From: a candidate division WOR-3 bacterium | GTDB lineage: Bacteria; Hydrothermota; Tepidihabitantia; Tepidihabitantales; Tepidihabitantaceae | DNA: 64,000 nt | Assembly (NCBI GenBank): GCA_024653355.1 | Contig: JANLFQ010000003.1 | Location: forward strand, 6,931-70,930 | Reading direction: 5' to 3' | Shown here: positions 33,378 to 43,235 of the stretch, piece after piece | How the letters are laid out: each line of letters starts with the position of its first letter | Position numbering within the stretch: position 1 is the stretch's first letter | The notes under the pieces: generated by a model | Databases searched by the model: none | Told to the model about the DNA's origin: nothing | The model's input: only the letters and a program-made list of their open reading frames with translations | Position numbers and translations under genes: made by a program

Positions 33378-35192
33378 ATGTTTGTAACTATCGTCGTATC
33401 GCTGGTAATCGCCCTGAGCCCGGGCGGCGTGCAAAACAATTTGCCGCCGGTATGGGGTGGTGGCGGTCCGGACTCTTTTGGGTATCGGTACTTTGACTCC
33501 GATACCGTTTGCCCAGAGGCGCCCACCTACAACTGGATTAATATCAAAGGTGTAGGCACGCGGGTAACCGGTCTTGGAGACGACAATGTTGTTGGTCCGT
33601 TCGATATCGGGTTCGACTTCCCCTATTACTGGTATAAGGTTCGCCAGGTTTACATCGGGTCCAACGGGTACATCGCATTTCACGACAATGCGCTGGCGGC
33701 TTCACCCTTCCCGAGGGTGCCAGCGCCCTCAAGGCCCAACAACACGGTTGCGCCGATGATGAGCGATATCGACTGTTCGGCGTCAGGCTCGCCTAACGGC
33801 TCGGTCTGGTACTGGCGCAGCCCGGACAACGACACCTTCATTGTGGAGTACGATAGCGTCCGGTTCTGGTCAACCGGGGGCAACAACACATTCCAGATTA
33901 TTTTGTCCCGGCCCGACTCTTCAATCACTTTCCAGTATAAGGAGCAGTCGGGCGCACCTTACAACGGCTGGGTGCCGGATGCCAATCAGTGCGGGATTGA
34001 GAATGTGTCCGGGAGAATCGGGTTGAACTACTTATCGGGCAACATCCCGCCCGGTAATATGTACCATCCTGAGCTGGCGGTTAAGTTTATTCCGCCCGAA
34101 TCGACGACGCTACAGGTACACGATGCCGCGGTGCGCAATGCAATGAACGACCGGTCCGGAGGAATGTTTGCCGTCAACGGCCGCCCGATTACCTTCTGGG
34201 CGGTGATTGCCAACACGGGCAATCAGCCCGAGAGCCAGTTTAAAGCGTTAGTGCGGGTGCGTTCTCAGGCAGGTTCAGTTTTGTTTATCGATTCTACGAT
34301 GGTCCGTGCGCTTAATCCGGCAGAGACCGATTCGGTCGTGTTCAGTCGCACCTGGACACCGAGTTCAAACGGTGTGTACACGATTCAGGCGATAAGCAAA
34401 CTGCCCGGTGATGCGGTGCCGGTTAACGACACGGTAACGATTGAGTTGCGGGTCGTCACCCTGCCGGCAACTTTGACTTACGACCGGGGTACACCGACCA
34501 ACTCGATGTACTGGAATGGGCCGGGCGGATTTGGCAACCGTTTTGTATCACCAGTTTACCCCTGCACAGTGACCAGTGCCCGGGTTTATATGCAGGCAAC
34601 CTCTACCACTCCCTGCGCAATTGGAATCTATGACGATAATGGACCAGGTGGCAGTCCGGGTGATACCCTTTACATTTCAACGGTGCAGGTTAGTGCTGCC
34701 GACTGGTACACCATTACCCCGCCCAGTCCAATCGTGATTGAAGAAGGTGCCTTTTTTGTCGGGGCGACTTCTGAGGTGAGCGCTTCACCATCATTCGGGA
34801 TGGATTCGGTGCCACCGCTTTCCTATCAGGGTTGGGAGTACACTGGTGTCTGGGCACCTTCGCGTGACGCCGCGGCGCGAGATGTAATGGCGAATGCGAC
34901 GGTTTCGGGTACGGTTGGTGTTCTGGAGCTTGCGCCGGAGGTGGCGCCAGTACGCCGGGTTCTTGAGCTAAGTCCAAATCCGGCATCAGACCTGGTTACA
35001 GTGCGGTTCGCTCGTTCTGCCGGTACTGCCCAGACCCTGGAACTTTACAACGCAGCGGGTACGGTGGTACGGACTTCTGAGGTTAGAGATGAGCGGGTGG
35101 TTCTTGATACACGACAGATTCCCGCCGGTGTCTACTTCGTGCGCGTAAAGAACAGTGACTATTCGGTGGCGAAACTGGTAATTCAGCGGTAA
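33378..35192 (+). CDS. secreted protein of unknown function with CARDB/Ig-like region and T9SS CTD
   Basis: SD AAGGAGG upstream. GGPDSFGYRYFDSD N-terminal motif. Tail is LSPNPASD...LELYNAAGTVV...GVYFVRVKNSDYSVAKLVIQR. Confidence 0.7.
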   Translation: MFVTIVVSLVIALSPGGVQNNLPPVWGGGGPDSFGYRYFDSDTVCPEAPTYNWINIKGVGTRVTGLGDDNVVGPFDIGFDFPYYWYKVRQVYIGSNGYIAFHDNALAASPFPRVPAPSRPNNTVAPMMSDIDCSASGSPNGSVWYWRSPDNDTFIVEYDSVRFWSTGGNNTFQIILSRPDSSITFQYKEQSGAPYNGWVPDANQCGIENVSGRIGLNYLSGNIPPGNMYHPELAVKFIPPESTTLQVHDAAVRNAMNDRSGGMFAVNGRPITFWAVIANTGNQPESQFKALVRVRSQAGSVLFIDSTMVRALNPAETDSVVFSRTWTPSSNGVYTIQAISKLPGDAVPVNDTVTIELRVVTLPATLTYDRGTPTNSMYWNGPGGFGNRFVSPVYPCTVTSARVYMQATSTTPCAIGIYDDNGPGGSPGDTLYISTVQVSAADWYTITPPSPIVIEEGAFFVGATSEVSASPSFGMDSVPPLSYQGWEYTGVWAPSRDAAARDVMANATVSGTVGVLELAPEVAPVRRVLELSPNPASDLVTVRFARSAGTAQTLELYNAAGTVVRTSEVRDERVVLDTRQIPAGVYFVRVKNSDYSVAKLVIQR

Positions 35193-35210
35193 GGTTCACC
35201 GAGTAAATCA

Positions 35211-35245
35211 GGTTGGGCGGCCCTTATTGTGCCGCCCAACCTTTT
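35211..35245 (+). terminator. rho-independent terminator
   Basis: GGTTGGGCGGC (35211-35221) pairs with GCCGCCCAACC (35231-35241), then TTTT. It lies between convergent genes. Confidence 0.7.
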
Positions 35246-35254
35246 AATTTTAAA

Positions 35255-35995
35255 TTATTTTTTTATGTTGAGGTGAAATTCAGCGTAGAGGTTAATCAGT
35301 TGCGTGAGGGAGACGGGCAGAGTCAAATTGGTAAGTTTTGCCATCGGTGTATGGAGCAGGGTTTTTAAAATTTCAAGTTCAGCAGTTTTTAACTCAACAC
35401 CTTCGTTTTGTGATAATGGTTTATCTTCCTTTCTGAGGCAGGTCGGGCAGAGTAGTCCACCGCGCCGGATGATAAACCAGGCGGATGAGGAGTTGATGGA
35501 TTGATGGCAGATGGTACAACGGTCAAAGCGCGGGCGGAATCCCAAAAAGGATACCGCTTTGAGAAGAAAGGAACCAACCAGTCCACTAAGTTCATTACAT
35601 TCCGGGGGTGCTTGGGCGATAGCGGTGAGCGTTGTTTCGAGCAGGGTGTAGAGCCGGGGTTCGGGGTGGTTGGGAAGCAGGGCACGCAGGAGAAACTGGT
35701 TGAGCCGGGCAGCGATAAGGAATCGTTCATAGTTAGCGGTGAGCGCCGGGTAACGGGTGATAAGTTCGGCGTCGCTCAAGGTGGCGAGCCCACTCGTCTT
35801 GGGCAAATAGATGGTGATTTCGGAGCGAGCGAATAGGTCAAGGGCGGCAGCGAGTCGGCTTTTGGGTCTTCGGGCACCACGGGCAACTGCGGTAACAAGA
35901 CCGAGGTCCGGGGTTAGTAAAGTGACGATGCGGGACGATTCGCGCCAGTTGCGCACCCGCAGGCAAATGGCGCTTGTCTTCACAAGCCGGCGCAC
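35255..35995 (-). CDS. recO: DNA repair protein RecO
   Basis: N-terminal OB-fold pattern (AICLRVRNWRESSRIVTLLTPDLGLVTAVARGARRPKSRL) and zinc finger CTICHQ...CPTC. It sits in the conserved phoH-ybeY-corC-recO neighbourhood. Confidence 0.8.
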   Translation of the reverse strand: MRRLVKTSAICLRVRNWRESSRIVTLLTPDLGLVTAVARGARRPKSRLAAALDLFARSEITIYLPKTSGLATLSDAELITRYPALTANYERFLIAARLNQFLLRALLPNHPEPRLYTLLETTLTAIAQAPPECNELSGLVGSFLLKAVSFLGFRPRFDRCTICHQSINSSSAWFIIRRGGLLCPTCLRKEDKPLSQNEGVELKTAELEILKTLLHTPMAKLTNLTLPVSLTQLINLYAEFHLNIKK

Positions 35996-36940
35996 TTAGT
36001 CCTCACTGCGAATCTCACCGACCAGTTCTTCGACCAGGTCTTCAAGGGTTACGATGCCGATGTTGTTACCGGCAAGGTTGGTGACAACCGCCAGATGTTC
36101 GCCGCGCTGTTGCATCTGGCGCAGGACATCAAGCGCCCGGGTGTCCTGAGAAAGATATTGAACCGGCCGGATGCGAACATTTTTTTCCCCTGTTGCTCCG
36201 GGGGCAACAACCTCGAGTAAATCTTTTGCAACGATGACACCTATGATGTTGACGGGTTTTTCCCGGTAGACCGGTATTCGGCTGTAACCGTATTGATTGA
36301 GTAGTGCCAGGATTGTGGTGAGGTCGGCATCAGCGGGTACCGATTTGACCTGTTTGAGCGGAATAGCGATTTCACCGATTTTCATTTGCGAGAAGCGGAA
36401 GAGCCGCGCCGTCATACTTGCGGTTGTCGGACGGCTGGCAAGCGGCTTTTCCCGCTGGGCGATAACCTTGAGGAAGTCGTCGCGACTGATACTGGTGTTA
36501 CCGGTGCGGGGCAGGATTCGGACCAGAAAATAGGTGAGCGGTGTAAAAGCGAATCGACTGAGGTTCAAAAGAAAAGCGGTTGTTCGTAACCAGCGACTGG
36601 GGATGGCTTGGGCGAGCGCCTTGGGCAGGTAGTCACCGAGAATCAGTGTGAGGATGACGACCAGAATTACGGCAACAGGGGTGAAGCCGGCACCGAGATG
36701 GGTGACAATATAACGTTGAAACAGGATGGTGGCGAATACACTGGCGAAGTTGGTGCCGATGATGGTTGCGATGAGCGTCGGGCTTGTTTTTTCGAGCGCC
36801 TTAAGCGCATCCCGGGCACCGGGGACACGATTTTTTGCCCAGTGGTTGAGTCGTACCAGGTTTGCGCGGTAAAGGGCGGTTTCAGAACCGGCGTAAAAAC
36901 CGGTGAGGAGGATTAAAAGAAAACCGGCGAGGAGTTCCAT
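35996..36940 (-). CDS. CNNM/DUF21 + CBS-pair membrane protein (no CorC_HlyC domain)
   Basis: Four N-terminal TM helices, then a CBS pair (IGEIAIPL...VIGVIVAKDLL...LAVVTNLAGNNIGIVTLEDLVEELVGEI). It ends right after the CBS pair. Confidence 0.75.
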   Translation of the reverse strand: MELLAGFLLILLTGFYAGSETALYRANLVRLNHWAKNRVPGARDALKALEKTSPTLIATIIGTNFASVFATILFQRYIVTHLGAGFTPVAVILVVILTLILGDYLPKALAQAIPSRWLRTTAFLLNLSRFAFTPLTYFLVRILPRTGNTSISRDDFLKVIAQREKPLASRPTTASMTARLFRFSQMKIGEIAIPLKQVKSVPADADLTTILALLNQYGYSRIPVYREKPVNIIGVIVAKDLLEVVAPGATGEKNVRIRPVQYLSQDTRALDVLRQMQQRGEHLAVVTNLAGNNIGIVTLEDLVEELVGEIRSED

Positions 36941-36943
36941 CGG

Positions 36944-38161
36944 TCAGGGCTCCTTTTGTCTAATCAGCACCCTTTCCAGTTTGCGTTCCGACACCTCCTG
37001 GACTACGATTTCCAGTTTGTTCAGTTCAATCCGGTCACCGGGTTTTGGTAGCCGTCCCAGATAGTCCTGGATAAGCGCGGAAAGCCGTTCAAAATTAAAG
37101 GGGCGAAAGGCGTTGGGGAAAAGCCGGTTGAGGGTGGCAAGGTCAATTTCGCCATCAACCAGAAAGGCGTCCTCGGCAACCTTTTTGTAGGGCAGTTCTT
37201 CAACGAGGTCAAACTCGTCGGTGATTTCCCCGAAAATTGCCTCAAGGATGTCTTCCAGCGTAACGAGCCCGGCGGTCTGGCCGAATTCATCGACCACGAT
37301 GGCGATATGGGAGTTCTTGCGCCGCAGTTCGTCAAGCAAAGGGAGGAGTTTCTTTACTTCGGGCACAAAATAAGGGGCACGGGCAAAAGTTTTAACCGGA
37401 GTTGCGGGGTCGGAGACCGTGAGTAACTCTTTGGCGTAGACGATGCCGGTGATTTGTTCGAGGTTGTCCCGGAAAATTGGTATTCGGGAAAAGCCGCTTT
37501 CCCGGCACACCTTTAAGGTTTCCGAGACCGGGGTGTTTTCGGGCACGGCGACGATGTCACTGCGCGGGGTCATCACCTCGGATACGGTTCGGCGTTCCAG
37601 GTCAACAAGGTTGCGTAAAATTTCTTCTTCTCCCGCAAGGAGAATTCCCCGCTCCTGTCCCAGTTCAATCATCGTATGCAGTTCCTCGTCGGTCAGGGTG
37701 TTTTCTTCCCGGGGAAAGGCGGCGACGAGGGCGTTGAGCCGTTCAAAGATGCGGGTTAAAGGTGATAGAACAAAATGGGTCACTTTGATAATCGGTGCCA
37801 TAAGGAGCGCTGACTTTTCCGGGTTAAGACGGGCAATGACTTTGGGGGAAATTTCGCCCAACACCAGAAGGAGTCCGGTCATCACGATGCCCCCGACTCC
37901 AAGAACGACAGCGGTGTTCATTCCCGTGCGGTGAGCGAGATTGATGAGAAAGAGTGTGAAAAGGGCGGTGGCGGTGGTGTTGACAAGAAGATTGGCAAGC
38001 AGGAGGGTGCCGAGGAGCAACTGGGGTTTGTTAAGCAGGTGTTTTAACTTTGGTAATCCGGCAATGCGCCAGGTCGGGATTGAGAAAAATGCTGCCTCAG
38101 AGCCGGAAAAAACCGCTGATAGGATTAGTAATAAACCGGTGCCGAGAAGAAAGATAAGCAT
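36944..38161 (-). CDS. CNNM/hemolysin-family (TlyC/CorC-like) membrane protein: DUF21 + CBS pair + CorC_HlyC
   Basis: TM region, CBS pair (VSEVMTPRSDIVAV...IAIVVDEFGQTAGLVTLEDILEAIFGEI) and a C-terminal transporter-associated domain (FLVDGEIDL...LEIVVQEV...RVLI). Confidence 0.8.
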   Translation of the reverse strand: MLIFLLGTGLLLILSAVFSGSEAAFFSIPTWRIAGLPKLKHLLNKPQLLLGTLLLANLLVNTTATALFTLFLINLAHRTGMNTAVVLGVGGIVMTGLLLVLGEISPKVIARLNPEKSALLMAPIIKVTHFVLSPLTRIFERLNALVAAFPREENTLTDEELHTMIELGQERGILLAGEEEILRNLVDLERRTVSEVMTPRSDIVAVPENTPVSETLKVCRESGFSRIPIFRDNLEQITGIVYAKELLTVSDPATPVKTFARAPYFVPEVKKLLPLLDELRRKNSHIAIVVDEFGQTAGLVTLEDILEAIFGEITDEFDLVEELPYKKVAEDAFLVDGEIDLATLNRLFPNAFRPFNFERLSALIQDYLGRLPKPGDRIELNKLEIVVQEVSERKLERVLIRQKEP

Positions 38162-38173
38162 CGGCGGGAAAAA

Positions 38174-38572
38174 TCAGTTCAGGTGTTTCATCTGGGCGTG
38201 CGAAAGCCCAGCAAGGTGGAGTAGACCGTGTTGAACGAGAAAGAGCAGTTCATCACGTACCCGGATGCCCGCTTTCTTTGCCTGGAGATGTGCCTGCTCC
38301 CGGGAGATGTAAATTTCACCGATGAGGTGTGGTCCCTTTTTTGAACCCGGTACAAGCGGTGCATCGAGACGGAAGGAGAGGACATCGGTTGGCCGGTCTC
38401 TTCCCAGAAACTGACGGTTGAGTTGATGGATGTACCGGTTGTTGACAAAGACAATGTTGATTTTTCCCCGCGGCATCTTGTTTCCCAGTAATCGGCTGAT
38501 GCGCCGGATTAAACGTTTTATCTCTTGCTGGAGAAGGCGGTTACGGGTGCCGAATATCTCAACCTGTAGCAT
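38174..38572 (-). CDS. ybeY: rRNA maturation RNase YbeY
   Basis: PTDVLSF and HGLLHLAGLSH metal motif; about 130 aa; downstream of phoH. Confidence 0.85.
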   Translation of the reverse strand: MLQVEIFGTRNRLLQQEIKRLIRRISRLLGNKMPRGKINIVFVNNRYIHQLNRQFLGRDRPTDVLSFRLDAPLVPGSKKGPHLIGEIYISREQAHLQAKKAGIRVRDELLFLVQHGLLHLAGLSHAQMKHLN

Positions 38573-39597
38573 CAGCCGGAGGGTTCGGATTTTTTTTCTT
38601 GATTCTGGTTGTTGCGTTTTTCGTCGCGCGATTCATAGGCGTGGATGATTCGGGAAACCAAAGGCGGGCGGACAACATCACCTTTGTCAAAATAGACGAT
38701 GCTGATGCCGGGGATGCCAATCAACAGTTTTTCTGCTTCCACCAGTCCGGAGGTGTACTGGTGGGAAAGGTCAATCTGGGTGATGTCACCGGTGACAATC
38801 GCTTTGGAGTTCCAGCCCAGCCGGGTAAGAAACATCTTCATCTGGGTTGAGGTGGTGTTCTGGGCTTCGTCAAGGATAATGTAGGCATCGGAAAGCGTGC
38901 GGCCCCGCATAAACGCCAAAGGAGCAACCTCAATTACTTCCTGTTCGATCAAGCGCTGGGTTCGTTCCAGCGGTACCATATCAAACAGGGCATCGTAAAG
39001 CGGGCGGAGATAGGGGTCAATCTTTTCCTTAAAGGTTCCGGGTAGATATCCCAGCGATTCGCCCGCTTCTACCGCGGGCCGGGTGAGAATAAGCCGGCTG
39101 CATCGGCCGGAGATGAGCGCCGATACCGCAGCGGCAACCGCCAGATAGGTTTTACCAGTGCCGGCAGGTCCGATGGCAAATACGATGTCATTGCGGGCAA
39201 TCTCCTCAAGGTAACGGCGCTGGTTTTCACCTTTGGGTACGATAGTTTTGCGCGGTGTGTGAATGATGCCAACTTCAGGAGGTGGGGCGGGAGATTTTAT
39301 TTCATTCTCAATTTCTTCTGTCGGTTCCAGCTGGGCACGGCGTTCGGCACGCAATCTTTTGACTTCTGCCTCGACCAGTTCCGGAGTTATGCGTTCACCG
39401 CGGCGACAGCGAGAGATAAGACGGGAGAAAATCTCTTCCAGTTCCTTTTTTTCCGAACGGGGTCCAGAAAGGCGGAGTAGCCCATCCCGGTAAACAACAT
39501 AAGACCGATAAAACCGGGCAAGGGTTGTAAGGTTTATGTCTGCCGGACCGAGGAGTTCAACCTGGTCAACGTCCTCGGCAGGGATAATGTAACGCAA
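38572..39597 (-). CDS. phoH: PhoH-family ATPase
   Basis: P-loop [46 protein letters not shown] and [13 protein letters not shown]. The only in-frame start after the upstream TAA is TTG 39597. Confidence 0.9.
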   Translation of the reverse strand: MRYIIPAEDVDQVELLGPADINLTTLARFYRSYVVYRDGLLRLSGPRSEKKELEEIFSRLISRCRRGERITPELVEAEVKRLRAERRAQLEPTEEIENEIKSPAPPPEVGIIHTPRKTIVPKGENQRRYLEEIARNDIVFAIGPAGTGKTYLAVAAAVSALISGRCSRLILTRPAVEAGESLGYLPGTFKEKIDPYLRPLYDALFDMVPLERTQRLIEQEVIEVAPLAFMRGRTLSDAYIILDEAQNTTSTQMKMFLTRLGWNSKAIVTGDITQIDLSHQYTSGLVEAEKLLIGIPGISIVYFDKGDVVRPPLVSRIIHAYESRDEKRNNQNQEKKSEPSG

Positions 39598-39606
39598 CCT
39601 GTAATA

Positions 39607-39634
39607 ATTTTAGCCTCAAACTCGTTGCGGTCAA
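39607..39634 (-). promoter_or_regulatory. candidate promoter abutting the phoH start codon
   Basis: On the minus strand: TTGACC (39634-39629), 16-nt spacer, TAAAAT (39612-39607), then 9 nt with no SD before TTG 39597. Confidence 0.35.
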
Positions 39635-40208
39635 GTTAACAGCGGTTGGGAAATTTTGTTTTTGTTGGTTTATGACAGTTATCAGACATTAACCATCAGG
39701 CGAAAAGATTTTAGTTGGTTAATTGATAGGGGATACATTTATAAATATATACGAAAAAACTGGGAAAAGTGACAAAATTTCATCCCCTCCACAGTCCGGG
39801 GGCAATCCCTGGGATAGTCTCAAACACCTTTTTCTTAATCATCCTTTTTGCCATCATTCTTACCCTACCGAAAACCTTTTTGAATGCGGTTTTGGAGTCT
39901 ATCTTATTGACAATCAATAGGGTTATGTGCTATGCCCAATCTGGCACTACATTTTAAACAACGAAGCAACTAATCTCCGCATCTGTCTTTGCTACTGTTT
40001 GCAAGCCTATTTCTAAGGCGGTCTCAGTGGTTCTGTTCAGACCCCCGGTCCTGAGTATTGCGGGCTTTACTTGAGCCTGAATTCGTTTAGTAAAAACGGG
40101 GACACTGACATTAGTCATCACGGTGGTGCCAATTTCGGATGGCTGTTGGAATATTTTTAACCGGTGCTGATAGGAAATTTCTCATCAACACCCATCAAAG
40201 GTTATCTC

Positions 40209-40236
40209 TTGACATTCACCAGAAGTTAAATATAAT
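40209..40236 (+). promoter_or_regulatory. sigma70-type promoter of 40302 gene
   Basis: TTGACA (40209-40214), 16-nt spacer, TATAAT (40231-40236). Confidence 0.6.
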
Positions 40237-40301
40237 TAAACCCGGTGCGGGTTACATCCACGGTGAGGCGCGAATCAAATTCCGTAAAAAAGGAGGAAGT
40301 A

Positions 40302-43235
40302 ATGGCACGGTTTGGTATTGCGGTTCTCAAACAACACCGGGACAGCAAAATCTTCTATTTAAAATTCGTATTGTCAACTTTTTTAGGTCTATTTTTTACC
40401 GTAAATGCTCAGGTCGACACCAATTGGGTAAGACGGTTTGCCGGACCGGGCGCAGCCAGCGACGGGTTTACGGCACTGGCGGTTGATAGCCGGGGACAAG
40501 TTTATGTTGCCGGGTATGTTACCGACACCTTAACGGGTATCAATATGTTAACGATGAAATTTAGTGCAAATGGTGTTTTACAATGGTTTCAGCGATATAA
40601 TGGTCCTGCGGATGGCACTGATTATGCGTTCGGTATTGCGGTTGATTTAAATGGCAATGTTTATGTAACCGGTTATGCAACAACCAGTACCGGTTCTGAC
40701 TACTGCACGATAAAATATGACTCTTCCGGCAACCAGCAATGGGTCAATTTTTACAACGGGTCAAGTACGACAACAGCACCGTACGATGTTGCGACAGCGA
40801 TTGCGCTTGACCAGCAAGGCAATGTGTATGTGACCGGATACAGCGAAGGTGCGGGAACTTCTTATGACTTCTGCACAATTAAGTACAGCCCAACTGGAGT
40901 TCAGCAGTGGGTTGCCCGTTACAACAACAGTTCGGTAAACGGTGTTGACCAGGCATATGCGATTGCTGTTGACCCCCAGGGTAATGTCTATGTTACCGGT
41001 TACAGCACGGCAAGTAACTACGACTTTCTCACCATCAAATACAACACATCTGGAACCCAGCAATGGGTGGCGCGTTACGATGGGGGTTATGGTACCGATT
41101 ACGCCCGGGCAATCGCGCTTGACCGAATGGGTAACTGTTATGTCTCCGGATACGGCTGGGGCGGTGGAACTGCCGACTACGACTATCTGACAGTAAAATA
41201 TACGAGCACCGGTACCCGGGAGTGGGTTGCACGTTACAACGGTGATGGTAATGACAATGATTACGCTTACTCAGTGGCGGTGGATGAAGCGGGATATGTG
41301 GTGGTGACTGGCGCCAGTGATGGGCTGGGGACAAGTAGCGATATTACAACTGTTAGATACGACCAGAACGGGAATTTAATCTGGGTCAGGCGTTATGACA
41401 CCACGCAACGCGAAGACATCGGTCGGAGCGTTGCCCTGGATAACAGCGGTAATATCTATGTGACGGGCTACTCCCGGAGAACCAATATCGACTTCACGAC
41501 ACTTTCTTACGAACCAAACGGAAATCTGCGCTGGACGGCTTTTTACAATGACATCGGTAATGGTGCTGACTATGCGAATGTAACAAAGGTTGACCGGACC
41601 GGAAATGTCCTTGTCGCGGGTTACGGTTATGGCGGTTCTCAAACCGGAACCGATGCCGTCGTGATAAAGTACATTCAACCCGATGTCGCCGCGAAGGAGA
41701 TTATCTCCCCCGGGGTCAGGGTTGATACTGTAAGTTCGGTGGTGCCAACTGCGGTTATCGCCAACTTTGGTAGTGCGCCAACCGCCATAAAGGTTTATTT
41801 CACAATAAGGCGGCCGGGTGGTTCCCGGCTATTCTACGACAGCGCGCTGGTGAGTGGGGTTGGTCCGGGTGAAACCACAGTTGTAACTTTTGCCGAGTGG
41901 CCTAAACCGCACCCGGTTGGATTTTATGTTGCCAGTTGTTCAACCTATCGTGCCTTCGACCAGAACTTGAGTAACAATGTGCGGACGCGCGATTTTCAGG
42001 TTACCGCTGGTCCTTACGGCTGGGTGGAAGTGATGTCGTTGCCCGGCGCACCTTCAGGCCGGGCAGTGAAGGATGGAGCGGCTTTAGCCTACTGTGCGGG
42101 ACTTGACCGAATTTACTGTGCCAAGGGGAACCGAACGGGCGATTTCTACTATTATCAGCCCACACAGCAGAACTGGGTTACCTTGCCGATAATACCAAAT
42201 GGTCCATCGGGAAAAACGCCAGGCCGGGGCGCCTGTATGGTGAGCGACAACAATCGATACATCTATCTTGTGCGGGGTAACAAGACGCTTGAGTTCTGGC
42301 GCTTTGATGTGGACAGTACCACCTGGTTGCAGATGACGAACATCCCCCCTGGTCCATCTAATAGACCGGTGAAATGCGGGGCGGATATGGTTTTCGTTCC
42401 GCAGGAGAACAGCATTTATCTTTTGAAGGGGTATCGAAATGAGTTTTACCGCTATCTGATAGCGACCGACGAGTGGCAGGCGCTGCCCGAGGCGCCATTG
42501 GCTTCGAAGCCCAAATGGGACGACGGTTCATTTCTGGCGTTTGACGGCGCAAACAGTATTTATGCCGGAAAGGCTAAGTACAACGAGTTCTGGCGTTACG
42601 ACCGGGTGATTGGTGCTTGGGATACCTTACACCGGCTCAGCTCAATACCTTTTGTTGGTCGGAGTGGGAAAAGCGTAAAACTTAAGGACGGCGGGTGTGG
42701 GGTTTATTACGATGGCAGTGTCTATGTGCTCAAGGGGTCAAACTCCTGCGATTTCTGGCGTTACGATGTTAGTGGTGACTCGTGGACTGAACTGGACCCG
42801 ATGCCAGAGGTCGGCTCAACACAGAAAAGAAAGCGGATTAAACGCGGGGCTGATATTGTCTTTGGCGGCGATGCCTTGTATGCGTTAAAGGGTAATAAAA
42901 CGCTTGAGTTCTGGCGCTATGCGATTCCGCCCAGCGTTTTTTCCAATTTCAGCGGCGGGCAGGGACATAGTCAATGTAGGGTGGCAAGCAAGTTTGTTTG
43001 TGTGCCCAATCCGGTTCGGGGGACAAGCGTTAAACTGCTGTTACCGGCTGAAGTTAACGGCAAAGTGAGCATTAAGGTTTTTGATGCCACCGGCCAGGTA
43101 CGAATTGCCCGCAATGGTGTAATGGTGACACCAACAATCGATTTAGCCCTCAAGGGGTTGAGCGCCGGGGTGTATCTCGTGCGGCTGGATGCAGAGAGGG
43201 GAAGTTTCACAAGCAGGTTAGTTATCGAGAAGTAA
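40302..43235 (+). CDS. secreted SBBP-repeat + CARDB/Ig-like + six-blade 'KG..T.EFWRY' propeller protein with T9SS CTD
   Basis: ATG at 40302 follows AAAAAGGAGG (listed start 40245 rejected). Many SBBP repeats (GQVYVAGYV, GNVYVTGYA, ..., D..T.KY...G...W). Six repeats such as YLVRGNKTLEFWRF and YALKGNKTLEFWRY. Tail is VPNPVRG...IKVFDATGQV...GVYLVRLDAERGSFTSRLVIEK. Confidence 0.75.
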   Translation: MARFGIAVLKQHRDSKIFYLKFVLSTFLGLFFTVNAQVDTNWVRRFAGPGAASDGFTALAVDSRGQVYVAGYVTDTLTGINMLTMKFSANGVLQWFQRYNGPADGTDYAFGIAVDLNGNVYVTGYATTSTGSDYCTIKYDSSGNQQWVNFYNGSSTTTAPYDVATAIALDQQGNVYVTGYSEGAGTSYDFCTIKYSPTGVQQWVARYNNSSVNGVDQAYAIAVDPQGNVYVTGYSTASNYDFLTIKYNTSGTQQWVARYDGGYGTDYARAIALDRMGNCYVSGYGWGGGTADYDYLTVKYTSTGTREWVARYNGDGNDNDYAYSVAVDEAGYVVVTGASDGLGTSSDITTVRYDQNGNLIWVRRYDTTQREDIGRSVALDNSGNIYVTGYSRRTNIDFTTLSYEPNGNLRWTAFYNDIGNGADYANVTKVDRTGNVLVAGYGYGGSQTGTDAVVIKYIQPDVAAKEIISPGVRVDTVSSVVPTAVIANFGSAPTAIKVYFTIRRPGGSRLFYDSALVSGVGPGETTVVTFAEWPKPHPVGFYVASCSTYRAFDQNLSNNVRTRDFQVTAGPYGWVEVMSLPGAPSGRAVKDGAALAYCAGLDRIYCAKGNRTGDFYYYQPTQQNWVTLPIIPNGPSGKTPGRGACMVSDNNRYIYLVRGNKTLEFWRFDVDSTTWLQMTNIPPGPSNRPVKCGADMVFVPQENSIYLLKGYRNEFYRYLIATDEWQALPEAPLASKPKWDDGSFLAFDGANSIYAGKAKYNEFWRYDRVIGAWDTLHRLSSIPFVGRSGKSVKLKDGGCGVYYDGSVYVLKGSNSCDFWRYDVSGDSWTELDPMPEVGSTQKRKRIKRGADIVFGGDALYALKGNKTLEFWRYAIPPSVFSNFSGGQGHSQCRVASKFVCVPNPVRGTSVKLLLPAEVNGKVSIKVFDATGQVRIARNGVMVTPTIDLALKGLSAGVYLVRLDAERGSFTSRLVIEK

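Noticed and set aside
39723-39957. Two overlapping 62-65-aa ORFs in the AT-rich spacer.
   Set aside because: No SD, composition unlike the surrounding genes, and no recognisable motif.
40245-40301. Listed upstream start for the SBBP/propeller protein.
   Set aside because: It would begin inside the promoter/5'UTR. ATG 40302 follows AAAAAGGAGG.
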